The notes: generated by a model not told the origin, from the letters alone. 64,000 bases of DNA from an uncultured Candidatus Saccharibacteria bacterium (GCA_964446965.1 CAYUQD010000001.1:21586-85585), one strand, 5' to 3'; shown: positions 37,594-47,893, counted from the stretch's first letter. Numbers and translations are program-made.

Positions 37594-38982
37594 TTAGAAG
37601 TCGTCAAAGGTAACGGCTGACTTTTGCGCGCTTGCGAAGTTGGCATGGTCTTTGTCGAGCGAGAGGAATGACGTGGTCTTGCCATCAAAGAGTAACTGGA
37701 TAGAGCCGACTGCACCATTACGGTGCTTCTCGATCATGATATCGGTGATGTTGTCCTTCTCATCCTTGTAGCGGTCCTCGCGGTGGAGGAACATCACGAC
37801 GTCAGCATCCTGCTCGATACTACCGGAGTCTCGGAGGTCAGAGAGACGAGGTTTGCCACCACGAGTTTCGACCGCACGAGAGAGCTGGGCGAGTGCGAGG
37901 ACAGGGACTTCGAGTTCGCGCGCGAGTTGTTTGAGTGAGCGAGAGATCTCGGTGACTTGGTTGACCATGTTGTCATAGTTCTTGGATGTTGTCATGAGTT
38001 GCAAGTAGTCGATGACGATCAGTCCGAGACCGTGCTCACTCTTGAGGCGGCGAGCAACCGAACGCATCTTTACAATAGAGTTGCCGGCTTGGTCGTCGAT
38101 ATAGATCGGAGCTTTTTGCAATCGACTCGCTGCTTCTTGGAGGGTGGTGAAGTGTTGCGCGGTGATACCGTGACCAGTACGGATCGCCCATGCGTCCACG
38201 CGACTCTCTGCAGAGAGCATACGCTGGACGAGTTGTTGTGCTGACATTTCGAGCGAGAATATACCAACAGGGGTTCCCGCGAGCGCGACATTGCGTGCGA
38301 TGTCGAGCGCAAACGTCGTCTTACCCATACTTGGACGAGCGGCGAGGATGATGAGGTCACTCTTTTGCAATCCAGCGAGGATGTTGTCGAGGTCGACATA
38401 GCCAGTCGGTACACCGCGCACTTCGTCCTTGTGGTCACGCAGGTACTCGATCTGCTCGACGGTCTCGAGCAAGGACTGCTTGATAGAGACGAATGCATTC
38501 TTGGTCTGCATTGCGGATGAGACTTTGAATATTGCCTTCTCGGCAGTATCGAGGATCTCGGAAGTCTCCATATCATTCTCCTCATACGCGAGTGTTGCAA
38601 TGGACTCGGATGAGTCAATGAGAGAGCGCAAGATGAACTTTTTGTAGACGATGTCGCCGTAGTGACGGATGTTCACGGTGGAGGGGACATTGCTCATGAG
38701 CTCATTGAGATAGACGTTGCCACCGATCTCGGCGAGAGATTTCTTTTCTTTCAACACATTGGCAATGGAGAGCACATCGATCGGCTCGTTCTTGAGCGAG
38801 AGGTCCATGATATTGCGAAAGATGATCGCGTGCTTTTTTGCGTAGAACATATCAGGTGTGAGGAGGTCCACGATCTCGTGGATTGCAGCAGGACGGAGCA
38901 TGAGTGCACCGAGGACGGCCTGCTCGCTCTCAATAGAATGAGGTGGTACGCGGAGGTTGGAGAGACTTGAAGCCTTTTGCAT
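37594..38982 (-). CDS. dnaB: replicative DNA helicase DnaB
   Basis: Walker A GARPSMGKT, Walker B, DnaB N-terminal domain. Confidence 0.9.
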   Translation of the reverse strand: MQKASSLSNLRVPPHSIESEQAVLGALMLRPAAIHEIVDLLTPDMFYAKKHAIIFRNIMDLSLKNEPIDVLSIANVLKEKKSLAEIGGNVYLNELMSNVPSTVNIRHYGDIVYKKFILRSLIDSSESIATLAYEENDMETSEILDTAEKAIFKVSSAMQTKNAFVSIKQSLLETVEQIEYLRDHKDEVRGVPTGYVDLDNILAGLQKSDLIILAARPSMGKTTFALDIARNVALAGTPVGIFSLEMSAQQLVQRMLSAESRVDAWAIRTGHGITAQHFTTLQEAASRLQKAPIYIDDQAGNSIVKMRSVARRLKSEHGLGLIVIDYLQLMTTSKNYDNMVNQVTEISRSLKQLARELEVPVLALAQLSRAVETRGGKPRLSDLRDSGSIEQDADVVMFLHREDRYKDEKDNITDIMIEKHRNGAVGSIQLLFDGKTTSFLSLDKDHANFASAQKSAVTFDDF

Positions 38983-39043
38983 AGGATGATTGTACCACCT
39001 CGCTCTACTATTAAAAATCCACCATTTTTGATACTATATACCC

Positions 39044-40024
39044 ATGATATCCCCACAATCGGGTCAAAAAAAGCGCCTTATCTCCGGTGTGAAGCCAACT
39101 GGTCGACCACATATCGGCAACTACTTTGGGGCAATGAAGCAGTTTGTCGATCTGCAAGATCAATACGAAACATTCGTTTTTATCGCAGATTTGCACGCAC
39201 TCAACTCCATTCAGAACAAAGAGGAGATGTTGCAACTCTCGCACAATCTCGTTCTCGACTACCTCGGCATAGGACTTGATCCCAAACATATCACCTTGTT
39301 CAAACAGTCATCAGTACCTGCACATACACAACTCACCTGGATATTTGATACGCTCATCACTGTCCCGTTCATGATGCGTGCACATGCGTACAAAGACGCC
39401 GTTGCAAAGGATATTGAACCGAGTATGGGACTCTTTAACTATCCAGTCCTCATGGCGGCAGATATCCTCATGTACGACGCCGAAGTTGTCCCAGTCGGCA
39501 AGGACCAAAAGCAACACATAGAATACGCGCGTGATATCGCTGGAAAGTTCAACAACCAATACGACGAGCTGTTCAAGCTCCCAAAAGAACTCATCCTCGA
39601 AGATGTCGAGACAGTACCAGGTACTGATGGACAAAAAATGTCAAAAAGTTATGGCAATACTATCCCACTCTTTGGGACTGACAAGGAGATTGAGAAAGCG
39701 GTGATGAGTATTGCAACTGATTCGAGAGGCAAGGATGAGGTGAAAAATCCCGACGACATGGTGCTCTACCAGATCCACAAACTCTTTGATGATTCTGCAG
39801 AACTAAAAAGCCAATATACGCAAGGGTTGGGATATGGCGATGCAAAGAAACGCTTGATCAAAGATATTATCGACTTTGTCACGCCGATGCGTGAACGTCG
39901 CAAGGTATACGAAGACGATCCCAAGCTCGTCCAACAGATACTCCTCGAAGGTGCAATGAAGGCAAATGAGATTGCAATGAAGAAATTGGGGAAGGTGTAT
40001 GAAAGTGTGGGGTTGATGGAATAA
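39044..40024 (+). CDS. trpS: tryptophan--tRNA ligase
   Basis: HIGH-type PTGRPHIGNY, KMSKS. Confidence 0.9.
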   Translation: MISPQSGQKKRLISGVKPTGRPHIGNYFGAMKQFVDLQDQYETFVFIADLHALNSIQNKEEMLQLSHNLVLDYLGIGLDPKHITLFKQSSVPAHTQLTWIFDTLITVPFMMRAHAYKDAVAKDIEPSMGLFNYPVLMAADILMYDAEVVPVGKDQKQHIEYARDIAGKFNNQYDELFKLPKELILEDVETVPGTDGQKMSKSYGNTIPLFGTDKEIEKAVMSIATDSRGKDEVKNPDDMVLYQIHKLFDDSAELKSQYTQGLGYGDAKKRLIKDIIDFVTPMRERRKVYEDDPKLVQQILLEGAMKANEIAMKKLGKVYESVGLME

Positions 40025-40026
40025 CT

Positions 40027-41826
40027 ATGGGAAAGAAAAAAACATTTTATGGAAAAATAATTACCCTTTTCAGACCATTCTGGAAGTATTTTATTATTAC
40101 TGTCATTCTTTTATTCATCATGCTAGCTATGGGCTCATTTACCCCATATTTATTTGGTAAAGGAGTAGATGCTATTAGTAAGGGAAATGTGCGATTAACA
40201 TTTTTGTTTTTAGGAATTTCATTTTTTATTACATTAATTCAGCAACAATTTCTCTATTATATAAAGGAATATATTGATATTAAAAAACTGGACGTAAATG
40301 TCACACAAGCTTTCTCGGTACTTTCCTTGAAAAGAATGCTCAATTTTTCAATTGGACAGCATATCAACGAACACTCTGGTGTAAAGCAGACAGTAGTGAA
40401 CAAAGGTCAAAATGCACTAGTAAACTTGGTTGATCAATTTATGTACAATATTTTGCAGAGTGTATTGCAAATAGTTGTGACACTTATAATACTTGCCGTA
40501 TTTGATTGGCGTGTTGCAGGAGTTGCACTAGCATTTGTATTGCTACACATTTTGGTTTCCAATCGAAGAAATAAAAACTATTTTCCACTACTTGATGACG
40601 TACGCAAAAAAAATCAAGCACAATCAAAACTCCAATCTGAATTATTCAGAAATTCAACACTAGTGATCGCTGAAGCTCAGGAAGATAGAACCGTAAAGGA
40701 TTTTAATGATTCGTATACTGGAGTAACTACTTTTACCATTGATCTCTGGCTCAGATATATACGTGCGTTTTATTCCCAAAAAGTAGTGATTACTATCGGT
40801 AGGTATGCGACACTGGGTCTAGGAGTATATTTCATCTTTGCCGGATACCATTCTGCAGGTATGTTTGTCACATTTTTCGCATGGACCAGTACTATTTTTG
40901 ATAATGTTAACCAATTGATGAATTCGCAAAGACAAGTAATGAATTTTGTTATTGAAATTAAAAAGTATTTTGATCTCATGGATATCGTTCCTGATATAGA
41001 TCCCAATATTGGTGGTAAAACTGTCCCAAATCTACAAGGTAGTATTGAGTTCAAAAATGTCTCATTCGCATACCCATACCGCAAAAGTGCAAAAGAAGAG
41101 GAAGAAGAGCTCGATGTCGACAAAGAGCAAGAACACACGATTGAAAACGTGAACCTCATGATCCCTGCCGGAGCAAAAGTCGGATTTGTCGGAGTATCTG
41201 GGTCGGGCAAGTCGACGATCGTGAACCTCATGCGTCGCTACTATGAGGCAACCAAGGGTGATATTTTGATCGATGGTGTCAGTATCAAGGAGCTCGACCT
41301 TCATTGGCTCCGTAGTCAGATCGGGAATGTCGAACAAAAGATAGATCTCTTTGATCGTAGTATCCGAGACAATATATTGTTTGGACTTGCATCGAGTACT
41401 GACGTCGACGAGACCAAGCTTGCTCGCGCAGTGACCGACGCGTCGCTCGATGACTTCATCGCAAAACTCAAGGACCACGGACTCGATACGATGATCGGCG
41501 AGAGCGGTATCAAGGTCTCGGGTGGAGAACGCCAGCGTATCGGTATTGCGCGTGCTCTCATCAAGGATCCAAAGATTCTGATATTTGACGAAGCGACATC
41601 GGCGCTCGACTCTATCAATGAGAAGCTCATTCACGACGCCATCAACCGCTCTGCTGCGGGCCGCACGACGATCATCATTGCGCACAGACTCTCTACGGTG
41701 ATGGATGCAGATATCATATTTGTCGTGGCAGAAGGCAAGATCGTGGGGCAGGGAACACACGCTGAGCTTGAGAAGAAGAATAAGGAATACCAGAAGTTGA
41801 TCAAAAATCAGATATTGATGGGGTAG
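40027..41826 (+). CDS. ABC transporter, fused permease/ATPase (exporter type)
   Basis: Walker A GVSGSGKST, signature VSGGERQR, Walker B IFDEATS. Confidence 0.8.
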   Translation: MGKKKTFYGKIITLFRPFWKYFIITVILLFIMLAMGSFTPYLFGKGVDAISKGNVRLTFLFLGISFFITLIQQQFLYYIKEYIDIKKLDVNVTQAFSVLSLKRMLNFSIGQHINEHSGVKQTVVNKGQNALVNLVDQFMYNILQSVLQIVVTLIILAVFDWRVAGVALAFVLLHILVSNRRNKNYFPLLDDVRKKNQAQSKLQSELFRNSTLVIAEAQEDRTVKDFNDSYTGVTTFTIDLWLRYIRAFYSQKVVITIGRYATLGLGVYFIFAGYHSAGMFVTFFAWTSTIFDNVNQLMNSQRQVMNFVIEIKKYFDLMDIVPDIDPNIGGKTVPNLQGSIEFKNVSFAYPYRKSAKEEEEELDVDKEQEHTIENVNLMIPAGAKVGFVGVSGSGKSTIVNLMRRYYEATKGDILIDGVSIKELDLHWLRSQIGNVEQKIDLFDRSIRDNILFGLASSTDVDETKLARAVTDASLDDFIAKLKDHGLDTMIGESGIKVSGGERQRIGIARALIKDPKILIFDEATSALDSINEKLIHDAINRSAAGRTTIIIAHRLSTVMDADIIFVVAEGKIVGQGTHAELEKKNKEYQKLIKNQILMG

Positions 41827-41871
41827 GTTGACAAATTTGTATTAGATAGTATTGTTAAGAAAAACTTAACA

Positions 41872-42501
41872 ATGAAAAAAACTACTGTTATTAAAAGAAA
41901 ACTCACTCTTATACAGAGTCTGAACTTTACTCAGCTTAAATCAAAGCTTCGTAAACCTGAAGAAGGAAAAGGTTTGACCGTAAAACAAGCAAATCAAGCA
42001 GAAAAATTGTACAAGCAATTCTTGTGCCTTCTTCTGTTGCACCCAGAAAAACAAATTGTACCCAATAGGATCATCGATCATTTTTGGCATGCGCATATCT
42101 TGGATACTAGGAGATATCATGCTGATTGTGAAAAGATTTTTGGATACTATATTCACCATTACCCATATTTCGGATTACGTGGTAAGAAAGATGCAAAAAA
42201 TCTCCAGGATTCTTTCAAAGAAACCAACGAACTGTGGGTAGCTGAATTTGGTAAACCTTTAAATGTATTGAAAGCAGTTGGTTGTACTTCTGCTTGCACG
42301 ATTAATGATGAAAAAAAATCTTCACTCTGCGGAGTAACATGTGCAGGTAGATGCCATCCAGAAAAACTACAGTCATCTTTGTGTGGAGGAGGCGGGGGTA
42401 ATTGTATAAGTTCTTGTAAACCTGAAAAACCCGCAAAATGCAATACCGGAGGTAATTGTGTAAGTAGTAAAAATCAAAAAAACCTAAAAAAACGAGCGTA
42501 A
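41872..42501 (+). CDS. hypothetical protein: GRDP/DUF1399-like core (DHFWHAHILDTRRYHADC...HHYPYFG) with Cys-rich C-terminal tail (11 Cys, repeated C-x3-C)
   Basis: Domain resemblance recalled from memory only; no signal peptide; tail CTSAC...CGVTCAGRC...CGGGGGNCISSC...CNTGGNC. Confidence 0.4.
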   Translation: MKKTTVIKRKLTLIQSLNFTQLKSKLRKPEEGKGLTVKQANQAEKLYKQFLCLLLLHPEKQIVPNRIIDHFWHAHILDTRRYHADCEKIFGYYIHHYPYFGLRGKKDAKNLQDSFKETNELWVAEFGKPLNVLKAVGCTSACTINDEKKSSLCGVTCAGRCHPEKLQSSLCGGGGGNCISSCKPEKPAKCNTGGNCVSSKNQKNLKKRA

Positions 42502-42521
42502 GACTCTGAAGGTTTTAACTA

Positions 42522-42579
42522 AAGCCCTGGAAATTTCCAGGGCTTTTTATATTGACATTTATTTATAATTATGTATATT
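42522..42579 (+). promoter_or_regulatory. terminator-promoter cassette (gccctggaaatttccagggc + TTTTTATATTGACATTTAT...TATATT)
   Basis: Repeated at 43946-44004 and 45343-45390. Confidence 0.45.
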
Positions 42580-42629
42580 GTTTTGAAACAAAAACGATAT
42601 ATTTCACCTTTAAAACCAAATAAAACGAT

Positions 42630-43721
42630 ATGAAAAAAATGCTAAAGGCCTTTAACAAGCTTGTATTTTTGCACCATAAAACTGCCACTCAAGTGTATGA
42701 TATCGCGACTTTGGCTCAAGCTATTGAACAAAGCGCTCTAGATGCATTTGCGACATATGCAAAAGGTGTAAAACCATCCGGTAATTTTGTTAGGATTGAC
42801 CGTAAAGATAAAATGCAAGACGTGCTTGGTATAATCTATTCTGTAGATTATTTCGTGAGAAAAGGTGTAGGCTTTACCCCCAAATTAATGCTCCTTCAAA
42901 ACAGAGTTATGGGAGCAAATTGTTTCGGACATGCAATCATTCTTGGATCATTGTTACGACACGAACGCAATGGATACAAAGTATACCTTGGGATTACTCC
43001 AGATCATGCATCCGTCATACTAGAGTCCAATAATGAACTCTACGTATGTTTGAGTAATGATTTTGCTCGCCTAAAAAAGATGCACGGTACTCTTGTAGAG
43101 CATGAGGGGTACAGATGGTACACATGTTCAGAAAAAGATGATTTTAATTTTACACATATTGCTATCCAGGACTTTGAAAAGGGAGTCATAAACGCAATGG
43201 TTGAGAGCTTCATCTTTTTACAGGAGAATTCAAAGAAGCGTATGCAGGATGAATATATAGATGAGCATGCATTTAATGACCCTGGTTTTAAGATACGAAC
43301 AAGGGTGCATACTACCAATTGGAAGTATTTTCAAAAAAAGTATTTAGCTGAACTTAATGGGTACAGGACAAGATATGAAAAAGAATACCTCCTTGATTGC
43401 CTCAGAACAGAGCATCGCCGTGCTTATCAAAGGATGCGTAATAAGTTTGATAAGATTATTGCCGGAGCATTCCAAAATGCACTACCGATGCGGTATACAC
43501 CTGATTTAAACAAAAAGTTTATACAGGCATATGTTCCACTACTTCAAACAGTACGAGCAAAACTTAATGTATTCTTGGAAAACGGCGAATACATGATATC
43601 CTTACCAAAACGTCTCGAACGCTATCTCAAATCCATTAAATATGGGATTGAAAAAGATCCTAGTATTAAGGAATTTGTTATAGAAAGATTTGATCAATTG
43701 CTTTCATCACAAAGAGCGTAG
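42630..43721 (+). CDS. hypothetical protein with transglutaminase-like Cys-His-Asp core (putative cysteine protease fold)
   Basis: ANCFGHAIILGSLLRHERNGYKVYLG...PDHASVILESNNELYVCLSND spacing fits a TGase-like C...H...D triad. Confidence 0.35.
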   Translation: MKKMLKAFNKLVFLHHKTATQVYDIATLAQAIEQSALDAFATYAKGVKPSGNFVRIDRKDKMQDVLGIIYSVDYFVRKGVGFTPKLMLLQNRVMGANCFGHAIILGSLLRHERNGYKVYLGITPDHASVILESNNELYVCLSNDFARLKKMHGTLVEHEGYRWYTCSEKDDFNFTHIAIQDFEKGVINAMVESFIFLQENSKKRMQDEYIDEHAFNDPGFKIRTRVHTTNWKYFQKKYLAELNGYRTRYEKEYLLDCLRTEHRRAYQRMRNKFDKIIAGAFQNALPMRYTPDLNKKFIQAYVPLLQTVRAKLNVFLENGEYMISLPKRLERYLKSIKYGIEKDPSIKEFVIERFDQLLSSQRA

Positions 43722-43750
43722 CTCATTTTCTTCATTAAAAAACAAAAAAC

Positions 43751-43924
43751 ATGAACACAGCAGAGAATTTCTTAAAGAACAACATGTCTGAAGGAAAGCC
43801 ACTCGAAGAAGGTTTTGATAGCCTTCCCCACAAAGAACAGCAAAAGGTGCTTAAGACTTTGCAGGAAAGGCAAAAAAAGCCGCCAACATCAAGTCTCAAT
43901 GATGGTGATGATAATGGTGTCTAG
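43751..43924 (+). CDS. small acidic peptide (57 aa)
   Basis: ORF between the TGase-like gene and terminator 43946-43974; Cys-free, K/E/Q-rich with a DGDDNGV tail. Confidence 0.25.
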   Translation: MNTAENFLKNNMSEGKPLEEGFDSLPHKEQQKVLKTLQERQKKPPTSSLNDGDDNGV

Positions 43925-43945
43925 GTTTTACACTTCGACTTTGAA

Positions 43946-44004
43946 GGCCCCGCGATAATTTCCGGGGCTTTTTATATTGACATTTATATAAAACTAAGTA
44001 TAAT
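43946..44004 (+). promoter_or_regulatory. terminator-promoter cassette (gccccg...cggggc + TTTTTATATTGACA-16-TATAAT)
   Basis: Copy of the 42522 cassette; downstream leader ...TTTAAAAACAAAATAAATG also parallels the 42630 leader. Confidence 0.45.
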
Positions 44005-44052
44005 GATTAAAAAATTAAACAATATTTAACTCAACCTTTAAAAACAAAATAA

Positions 44053-45336
44053 ATGAAAAGAAACTACTTACTCAATGAATTTGGTGTAACGCGTCACGAT
44101 CTCACACTCGATAATGGTTTAAAAGTCATCTTTATAGAAAAGCAATTTGCTCCGATCTATGCAAAATTGATGATCCGAGCTGGATCGATCTATAACGGTT
44201 CTGATAATGGCCTTGCTCATTTATCAGAGCACTTACTTGTTGGTGCTTCAAAAGACTACCCAACAAAGGCAAATATTGCCAGAATTCTTTCAAATGTTGG
44301 TGGGTTTTCAAACGCCTACACATCACTGGAAGATATGACCATTGACTCAAAGGTTGCTTCATCTGAATATTTACCCGATATGATTAAGCATTTTCGGGCA
44401 ACTATCGAAGATATGTACCTCACGCCTGAGCTTTTTCAAAAAGAACAAAGTGTAGTCATTACTGAATTAGCAGAAACACTATCTGAAAATAATGATTATC
44501 TCCCTGGGAGGATCTTAAGGAAAATTCTGACCGGTGATACGCAATGGTATAATTCAAACTTGGGTGTAGAAGAATCAATACGCACACTTACTATTGAAGA
44601 CGTGATGAGATTCTATACACAGCATTTTGTGAAAGAGAACATGCTTTTAGTTGTTACTGGAGGTTGTACCAAAGAAGAAATCAGTACACATTTCTCAACA
44701 CTTCGATTGCGTGAAGGAAAAACAATAGAGCTTCCTTTGGAGCCCTCACTATTAGAACCCTCTTATAGATATTTCTATGAGAAAGACAACACTACGAGTG
44801 AAATACTCCTACTCTTCAATGGCCCAAAGATTGGATCTGCTGCGTCAGAAGTATTACGTTTTATATGTCGATATGCACATAGTGGACTAGGCTCCATCTT
44901 TCTCGATGAGGTTCGTAATAAGCGTGGCTTGGCATACGGTATATCATCTGTAAACTTTGGCTTTTCGACAAACAAATACTTTGGAACAACCACTGAAGTA
45001 TTGCCGGATCGACTCACGGAAACAATCGACGTACTACTTGAATGTTATAAAAAACTTCTGAATGACGGAATGACTAAAACAGAAATCGATATGTGGAATA
45101 AAAGGATGTACCTTTCGGATAAAAGAGATCTGGAAACCTCAAAAGGCTGGGTACAAATGTTTGATGATGAGCTATATCCTCTAAAAGACGAAGCATACGG
45201 CGCCTATCCTGATGTTTTTAATTTCTATCAAACAATTACGCCAGAAATTGTTAAGTCTGTAGTAGAAAAATATATACGACTTGATCAATTCCATTTATTT
45301 GTAAAAGGTAAAACTAAAAGTAGTAACTACTTTTAA
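44053..45336 (+). CDS. M16 family zinc peptidase (pitrilysin/insulinase-like, single ~427 aa unit)
   Basis: Inverted zinc motif HxxEH (GLAHLSEHLLVG) near the N-terminus. Confidence 0.75.
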   Translation: MKRNYLLNEFGVTRHDLTLDNGLKVIFIEKQFAPIYAKLMIRAGSIYNGSDNGLAHLSEHLLVGASKDYPTKANIARILSNVGGFSNAYTSLEDMTIDSKVASSEYLPDMIKHFRATIEDMYLTPELFQKEQSVVITELAETLSENNDYLPGRILRKILTGDTQWYNSNLGVEESIRTLTIEDVMRFYTQHFVKENMLLVVTGGCTKEEISTHFSTLRLREGKTIELPLEPSLLEPSYRYFYEKDNTTSEILLLFNGPKIGSAASEVLRFICRYAHSGLGSIFLDEVRNKRGLAYGISSVNFGFSTNKYFGTTTEVLPDRLTETIDVLLECYKKLLNDGMTKTEIDMWNKRMYLSDKRDLETSKGWVQMFDDELYPLKDEAYGAYPDVFNFYQTITPEIVKSVVEKYIRLDQFHLFVKGKTKSSNYF

Positions 45337-45342
45337 CAATAG

Positions 45343-45390
45343 AGCCCGGAACCATTCCGGGCTTTTTTATATTGACTTTTTATATCAATG
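45343..45390 (+). promoter_or_regulatory. terminator-promoter cassette (gcccggaaccattccgggc + TTTTTTATATTGACT...)
   Basis: Third copy of the cassette. Confidence 0.4.
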
Positions 45391-45446
45391 GAGTAGATTT
45401 GATTTAAAGTAAATCCATTTATTTCAGCACATTAAACCTAATATGT

Positions 45447-45857
45447 ATGAAAAAGAACTATTTTCATGATCAATCAGATCATTGTGGTGTAGATGTGATT
45501 GTTACCAATAACACCAACATCACTACAACAGCGAACTCTCACAATGAGCCTTATTCACCTATTAATGCTCAACTACCTTCTGACTGTGGTAGTTATGGTC
45601 ATGCAGGTAATACTGCCACCCAGTCAATAACAATCTCTGCTGGGGATAATGCTACTAAAACTCCTACAACAAGTTCTGTAGCTACATTTCAGACGTTAAC
45701 CTATGGAGCACCTCAGAACGATGATGCCCCTTCTGGTAAGGAGCAGAAACTGGAGCGAGATTGGCCATTTATTTTGAGAGAAGTGTGGGGATTTCCGGTT
45801 ACCAAAGCAATCTTGCTTATAGCAGTGATAATCATAGCTCTGCGGTTATTCTTTTAA
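45447..45857 (+). CDS. hypothetical tail-anchored protein (C-terminal TM)
   Basis: Ser/Thr/Asn-rich N-terminus, C-terminal AILLIAVIIIALRLFF. Confidence 0.35.
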   Translation: MKKNYFHDQSDHCGVDVIVTNNTNITTTANSHNEPYSPINAQLPSDCGSYGHAGNTATQSITISAGDNATKTPTTSSVATFQTLTYGAPQNDDAPSGKEQKLERDWPFILREVWGFPVTKAILLIAVIIIALRLFF

Positions 45858-45934
45858 ACAAATGGGTTCGTATAAAGCACGGGATCAACTCCTGGGCTTT
45901 TTTTATTGCCCGATATATGGCACAATGCAAACCT

Positions 45935-47284
45935 ATGAGCAGCACTATGGAACGAACCTATATTGGAGACTTGGGGGGCAAGGCAGGCGAGACAGTACTC
46001 ATCAAGGGGTGGATAGACGTCCGTCGCGACCAGGGCAAAATGGTCTTTTTTGACTTCAGAGATATGACGGGCACGATCCAAGGTGTCGTCCTTCCAATGC
46101 GTCCAGACGTCATTGAGATCGCAAAGACATGTCGCCCAGAGACCGTTGTCGCAATCCAAGGTATCGTGAACAAGCGCCCAGAACGTAACATCCAAGCCGA
46201 CAAGCAAAATGGTGATATCGAACTTGAAGTGACAAATATCGATATACTTAGTCCGGCCCAAGATCTACCGTTTGACTTTAACGCTGAACCAAACCTTGAT
46301 ACATTACTTGATTACCGACCATACACACTACGCATGCCACGCGAGCGGGCAATATTTAAAGTCCAGCATAATATCCTCAAAGCCTTTCGAGAGTACCTCA
46401 CGAGTGAGAAGTTTACTGAATTCAGAGCACCTGCTATTACAGGAGGAGATGCAGAGGGCGGTACTGAAGTATTTAAGTTCGATTATTTCTATGGAAAAAT
46501 GGGGTATCTTGCAACAAGTCCGCAACTATACAAGCAAATGATGGTTGGTGTATTCGAGCGTGTATTTACGATTGCAAACGTCTTTCGTGCCGAAAAGCAT
46601 GCAACTGCTCGCCACTTGAACGAATATACGTCTCTCGACCTAGAAATGGGGTTTATCGACGGACCAGAAGATGTTATGAAGCTTGAAACAAGACTTTTGC
46701 GCTATATTTCTGAACACCTTCAAAAAACATGCGCGAAGGAATTTGAAGTTCTTGGTGCAACATTCCCACTTATCCCAGATAGCGATATGTTCCCAAGTAT
46801 GAAGCTCGCAGACGCGCAAGCGCTCATCACCAAAGAAACTGGCGTGGACTGCACACAGGAACCAGATCTTGATCCAGAACATGAACGCTGGCTCTGTGAG
46901 TATGCAAAGAAGGAACTGGGGTCTGATTTCATTTTCATTACGAACTACCCTCGGACAAAGCGGCCATTCTATGCAATGGATGATGAAAATAATGAGGGAC
47001 GAACTAAGTGTTACGATCTTTTATTCCGCGGTCTTGAACTCATATCAGGTAACCAGCGAGAACATCGTTACGAAAAACTCGTCGAAAAGATGAAATGGAA
47101 AGGTCTTGATCCTGAAAAGTTTTCATTCTATCTTCAAGCGTTCAAATATGGTCTTCCGCCACATGGTGGACTCGGTATGGGGCTCGAACGTCTTACTGCA
47201 CGATTTTTGGGTCTCTCAAACATTAAAGAGGCTACACTTTTCCCGCGCGATATCAACCGTATTGATAAATTACTCTCTGAGTAA
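45935..47284 (+). CDS. aspS: aspartate--tRNA ligase, archaeal/eukaryotic type (type 2); AsnRS not excluded
   Basis: OB-fold N-terminus, motif 2 FRAEKHATARHLNEYTSLDLEMGF, motif 3 PPHGGLGMGLERL; ~450 aa; start chosen downstream of the GCTTTTTTTATTGCCC element. Confidence 0.65.
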   Translation: MSSTMERTYIGDLGGKAGETVLIKGWIDVRRDQGKMVFFDFRDMTGTIQGVVLPMRPDVIEIAKTCRPETVVAIQGIVNKRPERNIQADKQNGDIELEVTNIDILSPAQDLPFDFNAEPNLDTLLDYRPYTLRMPRERAIFKVQHNILKAFREYLTSEKFTEFRAPAITGGDAEGGTEVFKFDYFYGKMGYLATSPQLYKQMMVGVFERVFTIANVFRAEKHATARHLNEYTSLDLEMGFIDGPEDVMKLETRLLRYISEHLQKTCAKEFEVLGATFPLIPDSDMFPSMKLADAQALITKETGVDCTQEPDLDPEHERWLCEYAKKELGSDFIFITNYPRTKRPFYAMDDENNEGRTKCYDLLFRGLELISGNQREHRYEKLVEKMKWKGLDPEKFSFYLQAFKYGLPPHGGLGMGLERLTARFLGLSNIKEATLFPRDINRIDKLLSE

Positions 47285-47309
47285 TTGAGTTGACACAAAA
47301 GAAATAACT

Positions 47310-47873
47310 ATGAAAAAATCAATCTTAATCGCCGTTGTCGGTATAATGATCGGACTCATTATTGGAAAAATATGGTTTGTTGATCATCGTTCATCTCAAC
47401 TAGTGCAATCAACACAAATATCGGGTACTGTCACAGACCTCTTTCCAAAAAATATTAGAAAAGATAACGACACGTACTACATTACATTTGCGAGACAAAT
47501 GCAAGATAAGAAATTGGCACCGAGCTGTTATTTAGAGGACGGATCAGTTATTGATTCAAGCGAGTGTATCCTTGAAGGTAGACCCCTTGAACAAAAAAAG
47601 GTACCGGACATTGATCTGTCGCAAGAATATACATTTGATATGGGCGCGCATGTCTTGCTGTTGAGCTATGATGAACGTATGACTTCAATACTGGGAAGGT
47701 TACCAATAAAAGACGCCGTACCAATTGAGGAGTTTTATGGATACTTACGCAATCCAGATTTGGCAAAAATTGAATATTACGGAGGTGTAACAGAGCAGAT
47801 TCAAAACTGGGGATTTGATGTCGTCATGGTTAATGGCAAAATCAAACAGATGGAGCAGGTGTACCAAGAATAA
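47310..47873 (+). CDS. hypothetical membrane-anchored protein
   Basis: N-terminal TM. Confidence 0.4.
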   Translation: MKKSILIAVVGIMIGLIIGKIWFVDHRSSQLVQSTQISGTVTDLFPKNIRKDNDTYYITFARQMQDKKLAPSCYLEDGSVIDSSECILEGRPLEQKKVPDIDLSQEYTFDMGAHVLLLSYDERMTSILGRLPIKDAVPIEEFYGYLRNPDLAKIEYYGGVTEQIQNWGFDVVMVNGKIKQMEQVYQE

Positions 47874-47893
47874 CTACTACATTGAAGAAATAA

